Positions 9,353 to 19,058 are shown, numbered from the stretch's first letter. The stretch: 64,000 nucleotides of DNA from Terriglobia bacterium (GCA_963695545.1 OY968796.1:2112001-2176000), one strand, 5' to 3'. A program made the numbers and translations. The notes: a model not told the origin generated them from the letters alone.

Positions 9353-10771
9353 ATGAAAACACGTCCCGACGGCAAGCGCCCGCTCAATTTTCATTCGACC
9401 TTGCTCGCCGCCGCGGTTTCCGTCTTCTCCGTCGCGGCCCCGCTGCTTCTAAGCACCGTGCTCTGCGCCGACGGTTCAAGCAACGCGCCGCGTCCTGCAG
9501 GCGCCACAGTTGAGCCCTCGAAATATGTCGGGCCCGGCGGCTGCGCCGCGACGAGTTGTCACGGCAGCGTGAAACCGCGCGCCGACACTCGAATTTTCCA
9601 GAACGAATACAGCATCTGGGTCGTGCAGGACAAGCATTCGCGCGCCTACACGGCACTGACCTCGCCCATCGGCGAGCGCATCGGGCGAATTCTTGGCATC
9701 GGCAAATCCGAAGAAGCGCCGAAATGTCTCGCGTGCCACGCGCTCGACGTTGCGCCCGAAGCGCGCGCCAAAACTTTCGATTTGAGCGATGGCGTGAGCT
9801 GCGAGAGTTGCCACGGGCCCGCTTCGGCGTGGCTCGGTCCGCACACCACGCGCGGCTGGACGCACGCGCAATCGGTGGCCGCGGGAATGTACGACACGCG
9901 CGATCTGGTGCTGCGCACCGAGAAATGTTTGACGTGTCATCTGGGGACGCAGGAAAAATTCGTGGATCACGAAATGCTCGCCGCCGGCCATCCCGATCTT
10001 TATTTCGAGCTCGATTCGTTTTCCGCCGTGATGCCGCGCCACTGGAAGACGCCGCGCGAATCCGCGCCGGGCGTGCCCGAAACCGGAGCGGACGATCCGT
10101 GGTTCGGCGTGCGCGATTGGGCTACGGGGCAAGCCGTGCAGTTGCGCGCGGCGCTCGATCGCGTGGCCTGGCGCGCGCACGGACCGAACTGGCCGGAATT
10201 TTCGGAGCTGCAATGTTTCTCATGCCACCACGATTTAACGCCGCCGGAACAGAGCTGGCGCCAGGAGCGCGGCTATCCCGGCCGCCGCCCCGGTGATCCG
10301 CCGTGGAACGCGTCGCGCTACGCGGTGTTCGGCATTCTGGCGCACGAAGTCGATGGGCCAACCGCTACGGAGCTCGACGCGCACATGACGGAACTCGCGA
10401 AGCTCATGAGCGCGCTCAATCCGGACCGTGACGCCGTGGCGTCCGCTGCCGCAAGCGCGCGCGTGCTGGCTGATCGCCTCGTCGCGCGCATCCAGGCGCA
10501 GCCCTACGATCAGGCGAGGACCGCGCGCCTGCTGCTCGAAATATCCGGCCACGCCGAGGAAATTTCAGCGCAGGGCGAGCGCGCCGCCGAACAAGCGGCT
10601 ATGGCGCTCGATTCGCTTTTCATCGCATCGAGCCGAAACGCCGCACCGGCCAACGCCGCGGAAATCCGCGCCGCGATCAACGGCCTGTTTCAATTGCTCG
10701 AGAATCCCTCCGCATACGATCCAAACACCTTCGCCGCGCAAATGACGAAAGTGAACGCACTGCTGCGCTGA
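9353..10771 (+). CDS. Exported multiheme cytochrome c (c554/c552-like) with helical C-terminal domain
   Basis: Signal-like N-terminus; YVG..CAATSCH, CLACH, GVSCESCHGP, CLTCH, CFSCH. Confidence 0.85.
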   Translation: MKTRPDGKRPLNFHSTLLAAAVSVFSVAAPLLLSTVLCADGSSNAPRPAGATVEPSKYVGPGGCAATSCHGSVKPRADTRIFQNEYSIWVVQDKHSRAYTALTSPIGERIGRILGIGKSEEAPKCLACHALDVAPEARAKTFDLSDGVSCESCHGPASAWLGPHTTRGWTHAQSVAAGMYDTRDLVLRTEKCLTCHLGTQEKFVDHEMLAAGHPDLYFELDSFSAVMPRHWKTPRESAPGVPETGADDPWFGVRDWATGQAVQLRAALDRVAWRAHGPNWPEFSELQCFSCHHDLTPPEQSWRQERGYPGRRPGDPPWNASRYAVFGILAHEVDGPTATELDAHMTELAKLMSALNPDRDAVASAAASARVLADRLVARIQAQPYDQARTARLLLEISGHAEEISAQGERAAEQAAMALDSLFIASSRNAAPANAAEIRAAINGLFQLLENPSAYDPNTFAAQMTKVNALLR

Positions 10772-10827
10772 CCGGTCGTTTTACTCTTGCAGGATTTTTT
10801 CACGACGCCGTGCGGCGACGCGCGCCG

Positions 10828-11973
10828 CTACGCGCCGGTGGGATGGGCCATCTGGTTGTGGTGTTCGAGCGCATGCACGATCGATTCGCGCGTGACCATG
10901 CCGACGACGCTGCCGTCTGCAATCACGGGCATTTGCTGCACCCCCACGCTGCGCATGCGGTCAAGCAGCTTGAGCGCTGATTCCGAGGGTTCGGCCCACA
11001 AAAGTTTGTCGCGCGGCGTCATCACCGCCTGCACCGACGTCACGCCCCAATCCTCCTGCGGCACGCGGGCCAGCGCGTCGCTGGAAATCATGCCGACCAA
11101 TTGCCCATGCGCCACCACCAGATGCGAAGTGCGCTTGCTGCGGTTCACTTCCCGCGCGTAGTCTTCAAGTGAAATTTCCCGGCCGACGATCGGCGGCTCG
11201 GCCGTCATGATGTCGGACACCAGCAGGCCTTCGAGCGCCGTGCGCGTTTCCGCCTGCGCGTAGCTTTGCTTTGCCGCCGACAGCAGGAACCAGCCGATTG
11301 CCGCCAGCCAAATGCCGTTCACGATATCGCCGCCCGGCGTTTGATACGCGCGCACCGCTTCCCACGCGCCGACGCCCATCATGCCGTAGGCAATCACTTG
11401 GCCGGTACGCGCGGCCAGGCGCGACGCCTTCGAGTAGCTTTTCGTCACGCCCCACACGATGGAACGCAGGATGCGCCCTCCGTCCATCGGAAAACCGGGC
11501 AGCAAGTTGAACGTAGCCAGCCAGAAATTGATGTACGAGAGCCATTGCGTGAGCGCGCCCGCCATCGAGTCTTGTGGCGTGCGCAGCGACACCAGATAGA
11601 AGATGCCCGCCAGCAGGTAGCTCGACGCCGGGCCAGCCGAGGCGATGTTGAATTCCTGCAAGGCGCTTTCGGGGTCGCGGTTGAGCATCGCCACGCCGCC
11701 GAAGAAAAACAGCGTGATGGATACCACGGGGATGCGGTAGTGCCGCGCCACCATGCTGTGCGACATCTCGTGGAACAGCACGGAGCCGAAAAACAGCAGG
11801 CTCGTTACCAGGGCCAGGCCCCAATGCTGCTGCTGCGTCCACTGGGGATGTGCCAGGGCGTATTCGCCCTCGAGCGAAAACGTGATCAGTGCAAAAATCA
11901 CGAACCAGCTGGTATGCAGGAAAATGGGAATCCCGAAGAGCTTTCCGATGCGGACTCCGCGGCTGCGTAACAC
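10828..11973 (-). CDS. Site-2 protease (M50 family) with tandem CBS domains
   Basis: HEMSH zinc motif, NLLPGFPMDGG, C-terminal CBS pair; GTG start at 11973 after GAAGGAG. Confidence 0.92.
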   Translation of the reverse strand: MLRSRGVRIGKLFGIPIFLHTSWFVIFALITFSLEGEYALAHPQWTQQQHWGLALVTSLLFFGSVLFHEMSHSMVARHYRIPVVSITLFFFGGVAMLNRDPESALQEFNIASAGPASSYLLAGIFYLVSLRTPQDSMAGALTQWLSYINFWLATFNLLPGFPMDGGRILRSIVWGVTKSYSKASRLAARTGQVIAYGMMGVGAWEAVRAYQTPGGDIVNGIWLAAIGWFLLSAAKQSYAQAETRTALEGLLVSDIMTAEPPIVGREISLEDYAREVNRSKRTSHLVVAHGQLVGMISSDALARVPQEDWGVTSVQAVMTPRDKLLWAEPSESALKLLDRMRSVGVQQMPVIADGSVVGMVTRESIVHALEHHNQMAHPTGA

Positions 11974-12173
11974 CTTCGCTCCTTCAGGAAAACAAATTGA
12001 GGCGATCCAGTATAACCGAACCTGCCGCCCGTTGAGTTTGATGAGGTTGGCGAGACCGCCGGGACCCGGAACACCCGCGCGAACGCGGCACTTCGGCCAC
12101 AACGTGTCCCGGGCCACACGCAACGCCGACGACGCGAAACGCGCAAAACATTGGCAAAACGGCGATTTTCCGC

Positions 12174-12190
12174 TTGGCGCGCGGCGTGCT
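12174..12190 (+). promoter_or_regulatory. Putative sigma-54 (-24/-12) promoter
   Basis: TTGGCGCGCGGCGTGCT, GG-N10-GC spacing, about 60 nt upstream of the small ORF at 12248. Confidence 0.5.
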
Positions 12191-12247
12191 CCCTGTGCTG
12201 GCGTTGCGCCACAGCGCAGCGGGATCGCAAGGCGGAGGCAAACGGCC

Positions 12248-12424
12248 ATGGAAGCCTGGATGGGTTGGGCGATGATCGTCGAAGGTTTGCTTCTTTCGCT
12301 GGTGCTCGCGCTAACGCTCACGTGGTCGGCGCTGCGCGCCGTGTTCCGCTTGATGCCCGCGACGCCGGCCCCGCGTTTGGCTCCAGCCCTGTCGGCGCGC
12401 CGCTCACCCGCCCGCGCGGCGTGA
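12248..12424 (+). CDS. Small single-pass membrane protein (58 aa)
   Basis: GGAGG RBS; MEAWMGWAMIVEGLLLSLVLALTLTWSALR hydrophobic helix. Confidence 0.55.
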   Translation: MEAWMGWAMIVEGLLLSLVLALTLTWSALRAVFRLMPATPAPRLAPALSARRSPARAA

Positions 12425-12454
12425 ACGATGTGCGCAACGAGAAGGAGGCCGCAC

Positions 12455-12616
12455 ATGCACGCGCTGAGAAATGTCGCACTGATTTTTGCGAGCCTGATGC
12501 TCACGGGCACGACGGCGCTGGTTGCTTACGATGTTTACGTAGCCAACCAGTATCACCGGTTGGTCGCCGAGAGGACGCGTCTGTTGCGCGTAGTCGAGCG
12601 CCGCGTCAGTCGCTGA
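12455..12616 (+). CDS. Small membrane protein (53 aa)
   Basis: AAGGAGG RBS 6 nt before ATG; MHALRNVALIFASLMLTGTTALVAYDVY hydrophobic helix with basic tail. Confidence 0.6.
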   Translation: MHALRNVALIFASLMLTGTTALVAYDVYVANQYHRLVAERTRLLRVVERRVSR

Positions 12617-12894
12617 CGCGGGCGCTGACGTGCGCTTCGCTCAGGCACAAGTTTGCCGCTAGCCACAAACCCCTGCGGGCAGCTCCCGCGGCCGGGGACA
12701 GGGACCGCCGCCCCTGCGAACGGCCGAAAGAGCTGCCCGGCTGGCGGTCTCGCACGGTTGCAAGTGCGTTCATCACGTGGCACGCGCGGTCGAGGAGTAG
12801 CTCAAGCGATATGCTATGATGCGCCAACGGAATCTTCGGCCGGGTGTTTGGTTTTGCCGCCTATCGCGCCGGGGACTGCCGCTCCTGAATCTGG

Positions 12895-14052
12895 ATGCCG
12901 CGCACCGATCGAACCGATCTCGGGCGAACCGCTCTCCTGCTGTTGCCACTGTCAATTTTTCTATTTTGTTTTTTCTCGATTGGCGCGCGGGCCGTTGCGC
13001 CGGCGGGTGCTCAGGTAAATCCGTATGATGCGCCCGCCCGCGATTTCGCGCGTCGAATTGCCGACGGTTTTCCGGCCGGGACGCGCGTAGGAGTCGACGT
13101 GCGCAATCGCTCGACGCTCGCGGCCACCGACGCCGACGCCGTGCGTGCGGCGCTTCTGGGCGAATTCGGCGCGCGCGGCCTGCGCGTGGGTTCGTTTGAA
13201 GCAGATGCCGCCGATGCCGCGGCCAGCGCCACGATCACGCTCTCCGAAAATGCGCAAGGATTTCTGTGGGTTGCCGAAATCCGCCAAGGCGACCGCAGTT
13301 CCGTCATGCTGATGGCTGTGCCGCGCGCTGCCGCTTCGCCCGCGGCAGCTTCGGGAATCACGCTGCGTAGCGCGCTCCTGTGGTCCGGGCCGGAGCGCCT
13401 GCTGGCGGCCGCGCCCCTTCCCGCCGCGCTGCCTTCAACCACGCCGGCAGCCCCGCCTCCCGCGATATCCCCTTCAACTACGGCCACCGCGTCGGGCGTC
13501 GAGTCATCATCGGTAGCCGTCGGCGCGCCGGATCTGCTGCTGCTCGATACCGATGGCGTCACGGCGATCCTCACCGATTCACAGCGCACGTTTATGATTG
13601 CCTTGCCGCCGCCGGCCAACATTGATCGCGATCCGCGCGGATCGCTCGCATGGAACGCGAATACCCTTACGGTTACCGTGAGCGACGAAACGTGCACCGT
13701 TTCCGCGCCGCTTGCAACGGCCCAACCGCAGTGCCACGCGGACGACAAGCCCACGCCGGCGCCGGCGCCCGTAGCGCAACTCGGTTCGCAGCGCGTGGAT
13801 CTTCCTCCCGCCTGCGGAGAAGCGAGCGGCGAAATTCTCGCTGCCGGCACCGGCGATTACACACAACCGGATTCTGTTCGCGCCTATGAAATGCGAGATG
13901 GCGCGGCCGCGCCGATCAGTCCCGCGGTCGAATTTCCCGGCCCGGTGATGGTCTTGGAAGCGGAGTCTAGTCCAGCCGCGCTTGCTGTCGTTCGCAATCT
14001 TGCGACCGGCGACGATGAGGTTTATGAGATTTCGCTCGTCTGCGGGCGTTAG
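12895..14052 (+). CDS. Exported hypothetical protein
   Basis: Signal-like N-terminus, coding-like codon use, overlaps the next gene; extended -10 TGCTATGAT at 12813-12821. Confidence 0.7.
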   Translation: MPRTDRTDLGRTALLLLPLSIFLFCFFSIGARAVAPAGAQVNPYDAPARDFARRIADGFPAGTRVGVDVRNRSTLAATDADAVRAALLGEFGARGLRVGSFEADAADAAASATITLSENAQGFLWVAEIRQGDRSSVMLMAVPRAAASPAAASGITLRSALLWSGPERLLAAAPLPAALPSTTPAAPPPAISPSTTATASGVESSSVAVGAPDLLLLDTDGVTAILTDSQRTFMIALPPPANIDRDPRGSLAWNANTLTVTVSDETCTVSAPLATAQPQCHADDKPTPAPAPVAQLGSQRVDLPPACGEASGEILAAGTGDYTQPDSVRAYEMRDGAAAPISPAVEFPGPVMVLEAESSPAALAVVRNLATGDDEVYEISLVCGR

Positions 14053-15526
14053 CGGAGGTTTGTTTGCCGGCATCGCGCTTGCAGTTGTCGGAGCACTTGC
14101 CGTTGGCGCCGCCGCTTCTACGCGCCCGCGTTTCGGCGGCACGCTGCGCATCGAATTCCGCGAACGAGTGAGCACGCTCGATCCGCGCGTGCTCCCAGCC
14201 GAAGCTGAGGTCGCCCGCGCGCAGGAGATGCTCGATGCGCTCGTATTCGATCGGTTTTTGCGGCTTGACGATCACGGCCGGCCCGCGTCGGCGCTCGCAT
14301 CGGCCTGGCAGTCCGAGGATGGCGAGAAACGCTGGCGGTTCCACTTGCGTCCCGGCGTGCAATTCAGCGATGGAACGCCGCTCACGGCCGAAATTGCGGC
14401 GGCCGCGCTCGCGCCCGAATTCGCATCCGTTCCGACAAAAATGAATGGCATCAGCGCGCGCGTCTCCGGCGAAGGCCAGACGCTCACAATCGAGTCCGAT
14501 GAAGCCATGCCTGATTTGCCGCAACAATTGGCCACTGGTCGAAATTTTATTTTTCGCGTCGCGAGCGACGGCACGCTTGTCGGCACAGGGCCGTTTGTGC
14601 TCGAGCACTGGGATCCCACCGCGTCGCCGGCGCAAGCCGTCTTCGCTGCAAACGCGCACTGCTGGGCCGGTCGGCCGTTCGTCGATCGTGTGGCTATTTC
14701 GCTTGGCGTGGAAGCGCAACGCATCGAAGCCGATCTAGAGTTCGGCTTGACCGACGCCGGCGAAATGGCTCCGGCCGAAATGCGCCGTGCCGCCGAACGA
14801 GGCGTGCGCGTCTGGTCGTCGGAGCCGATGGATTTGTTCGTCCTGGCGTTCGATCCGTTGCGCCCCGCCGTGCAGGACGCGCGCCTGCGCGAAGCCGTGG
14901 CCGCGGCGATTGACCGCGACGCGATCGCGAGCGTCGTCCTTCAGCGCCAGGCCGTGCCCGCCGGCGCGTTGCTCCCCGAGTGGATCTCGGGATATGCGTT
15001 TTTGTTTCCGGCAGGTCCGCAGGCGCCCGAAAAATCTTCCGACGTTGCGGTTAAGCCACCCGCGCCGCTCGTCCTGGTCTATGATTCCCAAGATGCGGAC
15101 GCGCGCGCCGTGGCGGAACGTGTGATCGTGGATTTGCGAGCTTCAGGAATTGCAGCCGACGCCGTTGCGGCAGGCGCGTCCGCTTCCGGTGGCGCGACGT
15201 CGGCGGACGTGCGTCTTGAGCGCATCGCGATTGCGCAGCCCGATGCGCAAGCGGCGCTAACGCTCGTGCTCGGCGCGCTATCCGCGCCGACATCGCCTTC
15301 AGCGGCCGCGCCCACAGCCACACTCAACTCCGAGTCCGACGATCCCGAATCGCTCTACGCCGCAGAGCGCGGCGCGCTCGAAGATTTCCGCATCGTGCCT
15401 CTCGCGCATGCGTCCGAAAATTGGGGTTTGGGCGCAACGGTTCGCGATTGGATGGCGTCGCGCTGGGGCGATATGCATGTCGAAGACGTGTGGCTCGATC
15501 TCCCGCCGGCGGCGAATCCACAATGA
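14015..15526 (+). CDS. Family 5 (OppA/DppA-like) substrate-binding protein
   Basis: GGTLRI, WRFHLRPGVQFSDGTPLTA, VGTGPF, LREAVAAAIDRDAI. Confidence 0.85.
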   Translation: MRFMRFRSSAGVSGGLFAGIALAVVGALAVGAAASTRPRFGGTLRIEFRERVSTLDPRVLPAEAEVARAQEMLDALVFDRFLRLDDHGRPASALASAWQSEDGEKRWRFHLRPGVQFSDGTPLTAEIAAAALAPEFASVPTKMNGISARVSGEGQTLTIESDEAMPDLPQQLATGRNFIFRVASDGTLVGTGPFVLEHWDPTASPAQAVFAANAHCWAGRPFVDRVAISLGVEAQRIEADLEFGLTDAGEMAPAEMRRAAERGVRVWSSEPMDLFVLAFDPLRPAVQDARLREAVAAAIDRDAIASVVLQRQAVPAGALLPEWISGYAFLFPAGPQAPEKSSDVAVKPPAPLVLVYDSQDADARAVAERVIVDLRASGIAADAVAAGASASGGATSADVRLERIAIAQPDAQAALTLVLGALSAPTSPSAAAPTATLNSESDDPESLYAAERGALEDFRIVPLAHASENWGLGATVRDWMASRWGDMHVEDVWLDLPPAANPQ

Positions 15527-17355
15527 GCTTCCGAATAAAACTTCTACTCGCGTTCACGCTGACCGTCGGCGTGGCGGTTGCTCTGGTGGCGTGGGGCGTT
15601 TCAGTTTCCACGCGCCACGCCTTCGAGCAGTTTGAAGCGCAACGTTCGCAGGCGCTGCTTGCGCAGTTCCAGAGCGAATTTGCGCAACGCGGGGACGTCG
15701 TGGCCCATCGCATCTCGGCCATTGCGGATAGCGAAGCCACCGTGCGCATGGCGCTCGATTTGAGCCGCCCCGGCGCCGATTCCTCGATCTATGTGAACGA
15801 CGCCCAGAGCCTCGCGAAATCATTCGATCTCGATTTTCTCGATTTCGCCACCGACGACGGCATGATCGTCTCGTCCGCCGAATGGCCCGCGCACTTCGGT
15901 TACAAAAGCGATTGGATCATGTCCGAATCCGATTGGAATCAGCAGGGCGCTTTTCTCGCGCGCGTCGAAACCGCGGATAATGTCCAGCTTGGCATGCTCG
16001 CCGTGCGCGTGGTGCCCGTGGAAGGGAAGAATCTTTACGTCTTTGGAGGCGAGCGCCTCGATAAAATTTTTCTGGCCACGCTGGTTTTGCCAGCGGGCAT
16101 GCGCGCGCTGCTTTACAGCAATCTCGAGTCGTCCTTCGACGCGTCCGCGGTCAACGACGCTTCCGGCCCCGTCCCGGGCGCCGATCGGCTGGGAACTCTC
16201 GTCGGCACCGTGCAGCAGCAGAACGCGCCCGCCGAAGAAACCATCGCATGGTCGGCCGATCCCGCCGACCGTGAGACGTTCTCGGCCATTCCTCTGCATG
16301 GCCGGAATGGCGATCTGCTGGGAATTTTCCTGGTCGGTTCGTCGCAGCGCGACCTGGTCAAGGAGCTCACCTTCATTCGCTCGCTCGCCATTTTGGTTGG
16401 CGGCGCGGGAATTCTCCTCGGCATCGTCGTCAGTTGGTGGATCGCCGCGCGGGTGTCGCGTCCACTCGCGGAGCTCTCGCGCACTGTCGATCAGGTTGCC
16501 GCAGGCAATTGGTCCGCGCGCGTTGACGTGCGCTCGCACGACGAAATCGGCCGCCTCGGCGCGGCTTTCAACGATATGACGCGCCAGCTCACCGAGCAGC
16601 GCGATCGCCTGATCCAAGCCGAGCGCGTGGCGGCCTGGCGCGAAGTGGCGCGGCGTCTCGCGCACGAGCTTAAGAATCCGCTCTTCCCGCTGCAAATCAC
16701 GGTCGAGAATCTGCAACGCTCGCGCGAACTTGACGCGGCGCAGTTCGACGAAATTTTCTTGGAATCCACCGGCACGTTGCGCGCCGAACTGGAAAGCCTG
16801 AAAGCCATCGTCGCGCGCTTCGCCGACTTCGCCAAGATGCCGCAGCCCGAATTTGAATCCGTCGATCTGAACGAAGCCGCGCGCGCCGCGGTGCGTTTGT
16901 TCGAGCCGCAATTTTCCACCGTCGGCCGGCCGCAGATCGCGACGGAATTCGCGCTCGACGAGCGCCTTCCGCGCGTCGAGGCCGATCCGCTGCTGCTGCA
17001 CAAGGCACTCGAGAATCTCGTTTTGAACGCGCTGGACGCGATGCCCTCGGGCGGCACGCTCTCTGTGCGCACGCGGCGTAAAAACGATTCGGCCGAGCTG
17101 GAGATTTCCGACACCGGCGCGGGCCTCACGCCCGAAGAGCGCGCGCGTTTGTTCACGCCCTACTCGACGACCAAGCAGCACGGCACGGGGCTCGGCCTGG
17201 CCATCGTTCAATCCGTGGTCACCGATCACGGCGGCACGGTCGAAGTGGAATCCGCGTCCGGCAAAGGAACCACGTTCCGCATCGTGTTGCCGCTTGTGCA
17301 TCGTGCGTCGCAAGCTGAGACCGAGCCGCTTGAAGACGCGCAGAGTGACGCGTGA
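15523..17355 (+). CDS. Membrane sensor histidine kinase with HAMP domain (NtrY-like)
   Basis: Two TM helices, HAMP DEIGRLGAAFNDM, H-box AWREVARRLAHELKNPL, N/G boxes (NALDAM, DTGAG, GTGLGL). Confidence 0.92.
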   Translation: MSFRIKLLLAFTLTVGVAVALVAWGVSVSTRHAFEQFEAQRSQALLAQFQSEFAQRGDVVAHRISAIADSEATVRMALDLSRPGADSSIYVNDAQSLAKSFDLDFLDFATDDGMIVSSAEWPAHFGYKSDWIMSESDWNQQGAFLARVETADNVQLGMLAVRVVPVEGKNLYVFGGERLDKIFLATLVLPAGMRALLYSNLESSFDASAVNDASGPVPGADRLGTLVGTVQQQNAPAEETIAWSADPADRETFSAIPLHGRNGDLLGIFLVGSSQRDLVKELTFIRSLAILVGGAGILLGIVVSWWIAARVSRPLAELSRTVDQVAAGNWSARVDVRSHDEIGRLGAAFNDMTRQLTEQRDRLIQAERVAAWREVARRLAHELKNPLFPLQITVENLQRSRELDAAQFDEIFLESTGTLRAELESLKAIVARFADFAKMPQPEFESVDLNEAARAAVRLFEPQFSTVGRPQIATEFALDERLPRVEADPLLLHKALENLVLNALDAMPSGGTLSVRTRRKNDSAELEISDTGAGLTPEERARLFTPYSTTKQHGTGLGLAIVQSVVTDHGGTVEVESASGKGTTFRIVLPLVHRASQAETEPLEDAQSDA

Positions 17356-18755
17356 TGACGCCGACAGCCAAAGCCCACGTCCTCGTAATCGACGACGACG
17401 CGAACACTCTCGCGTCACTTTCGCGCGCATTTCGCCTTTCCGGCCACGAAGCCACCGTGTGCGATAGCGCCGCGCGCGCGCTTGATCTGGTTCGCGGCGC
17501 GCGCTTCGATCTGATTTTTTCCGACGTGGTGATGCCCGGCAAGGACGGCCTCTCGCTTCTTGAGGATTTAAAGCGCGAAGGCATCGCGACTCCGGTGATC
17601 CTGATCTCGGGGCAAGCCAACATCGAAATGGCTGTGCGCGCCACGCGCCTGGGCGCGCTCGATTTTCTCGAGAAGCCGATTTCCACCGACAAACTTCTCG
17701 TCACCGTAGAAAACGCGTTGAAGCTTTCGCGCCTCGAAAATGAAAATCGCGAACTGCGCGGCCGGCTCGGCCGTCACGAGCTTGTTTGGACCGGCCGCGC
17801 CATGCGGCAATTGATGGCGCAAATCGATCGCGTGGCCGCGAGCGAAACGCGCGTGGCCATCCTCGGCGAAACCGGCACGGGCAAGGAACTCGTCGCGCGC
17901 ACGCTGCACGATCGCAGCCCGCGCCACGCCGGGCCATTCATCACGCTCAATTGCGCCGCGGTGCCCGCCGAGCTGATCGAATCCGAACTTTTCGGACACG
18001 AAAAGGGATCGTTCACCGGCGCCACAGGGCGGCACATCGGAAAATTCGAGCAGGCCGCCGGCGGCACGCTTTTCCTCGATGAAATCGGAGACATGCCGCT
18101 CGCGATGCAGGCCAAGTTGCTGCGCGTGCTCGAGGAAGGCGAAATCGAACGCGTCGGCGGCGATCGACCGATCTCGGTGGATGTTCGCGTGGTGGTGGCC
18201 ACGCATCGCGATCTTGAAGACGCCGTTCGCCACAACGCGTTTCGCGCCGATCTGTTTCACCGCGTCTACGTTTTCCCGATTCATTTGCCGCCGCTTCGCG
18301 AGCGCCCGGAAGATATTCCCGCGCTCGCGGCTCATTTCGCGAAGCAAATCGCCGCGCAAAATGGCTGGAAAGCGAAAACGTTCGACGCCGCGGCGCTCGA
18401 CGGTTTGGCGCGCTACGCCTGGCCCGGCAACGTGCGTGAGCTGCGCAACGTGATCGAGCGCTTGCTGCTCATCTCCGACGGCGACACCGTCACTGCGGCC
18501 GACCTCGAGCAAGCGCTGCCGGCCGCGGACTCCGCTCCCGCGTCTGGCGGCGCACCTGCTGCGGTAGTCGCTCGCGCGGGCACGCTTGCGGAGCGTGTGG
18601 AAGCCTTCGAGCGCGCGCTGCTGATCGACGAGCTCGCTCGCCACAACCATCACATGACCAACACCGCGAAAGCACTCGGCCTCGAACGCAGCCACCTCTA
18701 TAAGAAATGCCAGCAACTCGGTATCGACCTCCGCTCGCTCCGCAAATCGGACTAG
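17352..18755 (+). CDS. Sigma-54-dependent response regulator (NtrX/NtrC family)
   Basis: REC domain, GETGTGKE, GSFTGA, LFLDEIG, WPGNVREL, Fis-type HTH. Confidence 0.95.
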   Translation: MMTPTAKAHVLVIDDDANTLASLSRAFRLSGHEATVCDSAARALDLVRGARFDLIFSDVVMPGKDGLSLLEDLKREGIATPVILISGQANIEMAVRATRLGALDFLEKPISTDKLLVTVENALKLSRLENENRELRGRLGRHELVWTGRAMRQLMAQIDRVAASETRVAILGETGTGKELVARTLHDRSPRHAGPFITLNCAAVPAELIESELFGHEKGSFTGATGRHIGKFEQAAGGTLFLDEIGDMPLAMQAKLLRVLEEGEIERVGGDRPISVDVRVVVATHRDLEDAVRHNAFRADLFHRVYVFPIHLPPLRERPEDIPALAAHFAKQIAAQNGWKAKTFDAAALDGLARYAWPGNVRELRNVIERLLLISDGDTVTAADLEQALPAADSAPASGGAPAAVVARAGTLAERVEAFERALLIDELARHNHHMTNTAKALGLERSHLYKKCQQLGIDLRSLRKSD

Positions 18756-18844
18756 CGGAACGCTCGCGCGCCTCCCGCATATCAAACCGGTATCGTGCCA
18801 ACTTTATTCTCGACCTGCGATCCTGAGAGGCGTAGAGTCGGCGC

Positions 18845-19051
18845 ATGATCCAGGCCATCTATAAAGGCATCGAAATCGAAATGGAGATGCATCAACTGAT
18901 GCACGGCTACTGGAAGTGCGATTTCACGTTGATCAAGCACCCACAAGGAACCCGAACGCTGCATCACGGCGATCAGGAATTTCCCACCATGGACCTGGCC
19001 AAAGAATTCGCGCTGCAAGAAGCGCACTACGCAATTGACCATCCGCAATAG
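18845..19051 (+). CDS. Small hypothetical protein (68 aa), probably leaderless
   Basis: Coding-like codons; TAGAGT -10-like hexamer 6 nt before ATG. Confidence 0.6.
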   Translation: MIQAIYKGIEIEMEMHQLMHGYWKCDFTLIKHPQGTRTLHHGDQEFPTMDLAKEFALQEAHYAIDHPQ

Positions 19052-19058
19052 CTCCGCA

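Noticed and set aside
9085..9387. N-terminal extensions in the ORF track (also 11974-12510, 23292-23738, 40213-40500, 48421-48654)
   Set aside because: Recognisable domains and RBS or coupling signals start downstream; the extensions run through promoter regions or neighbouring genes.
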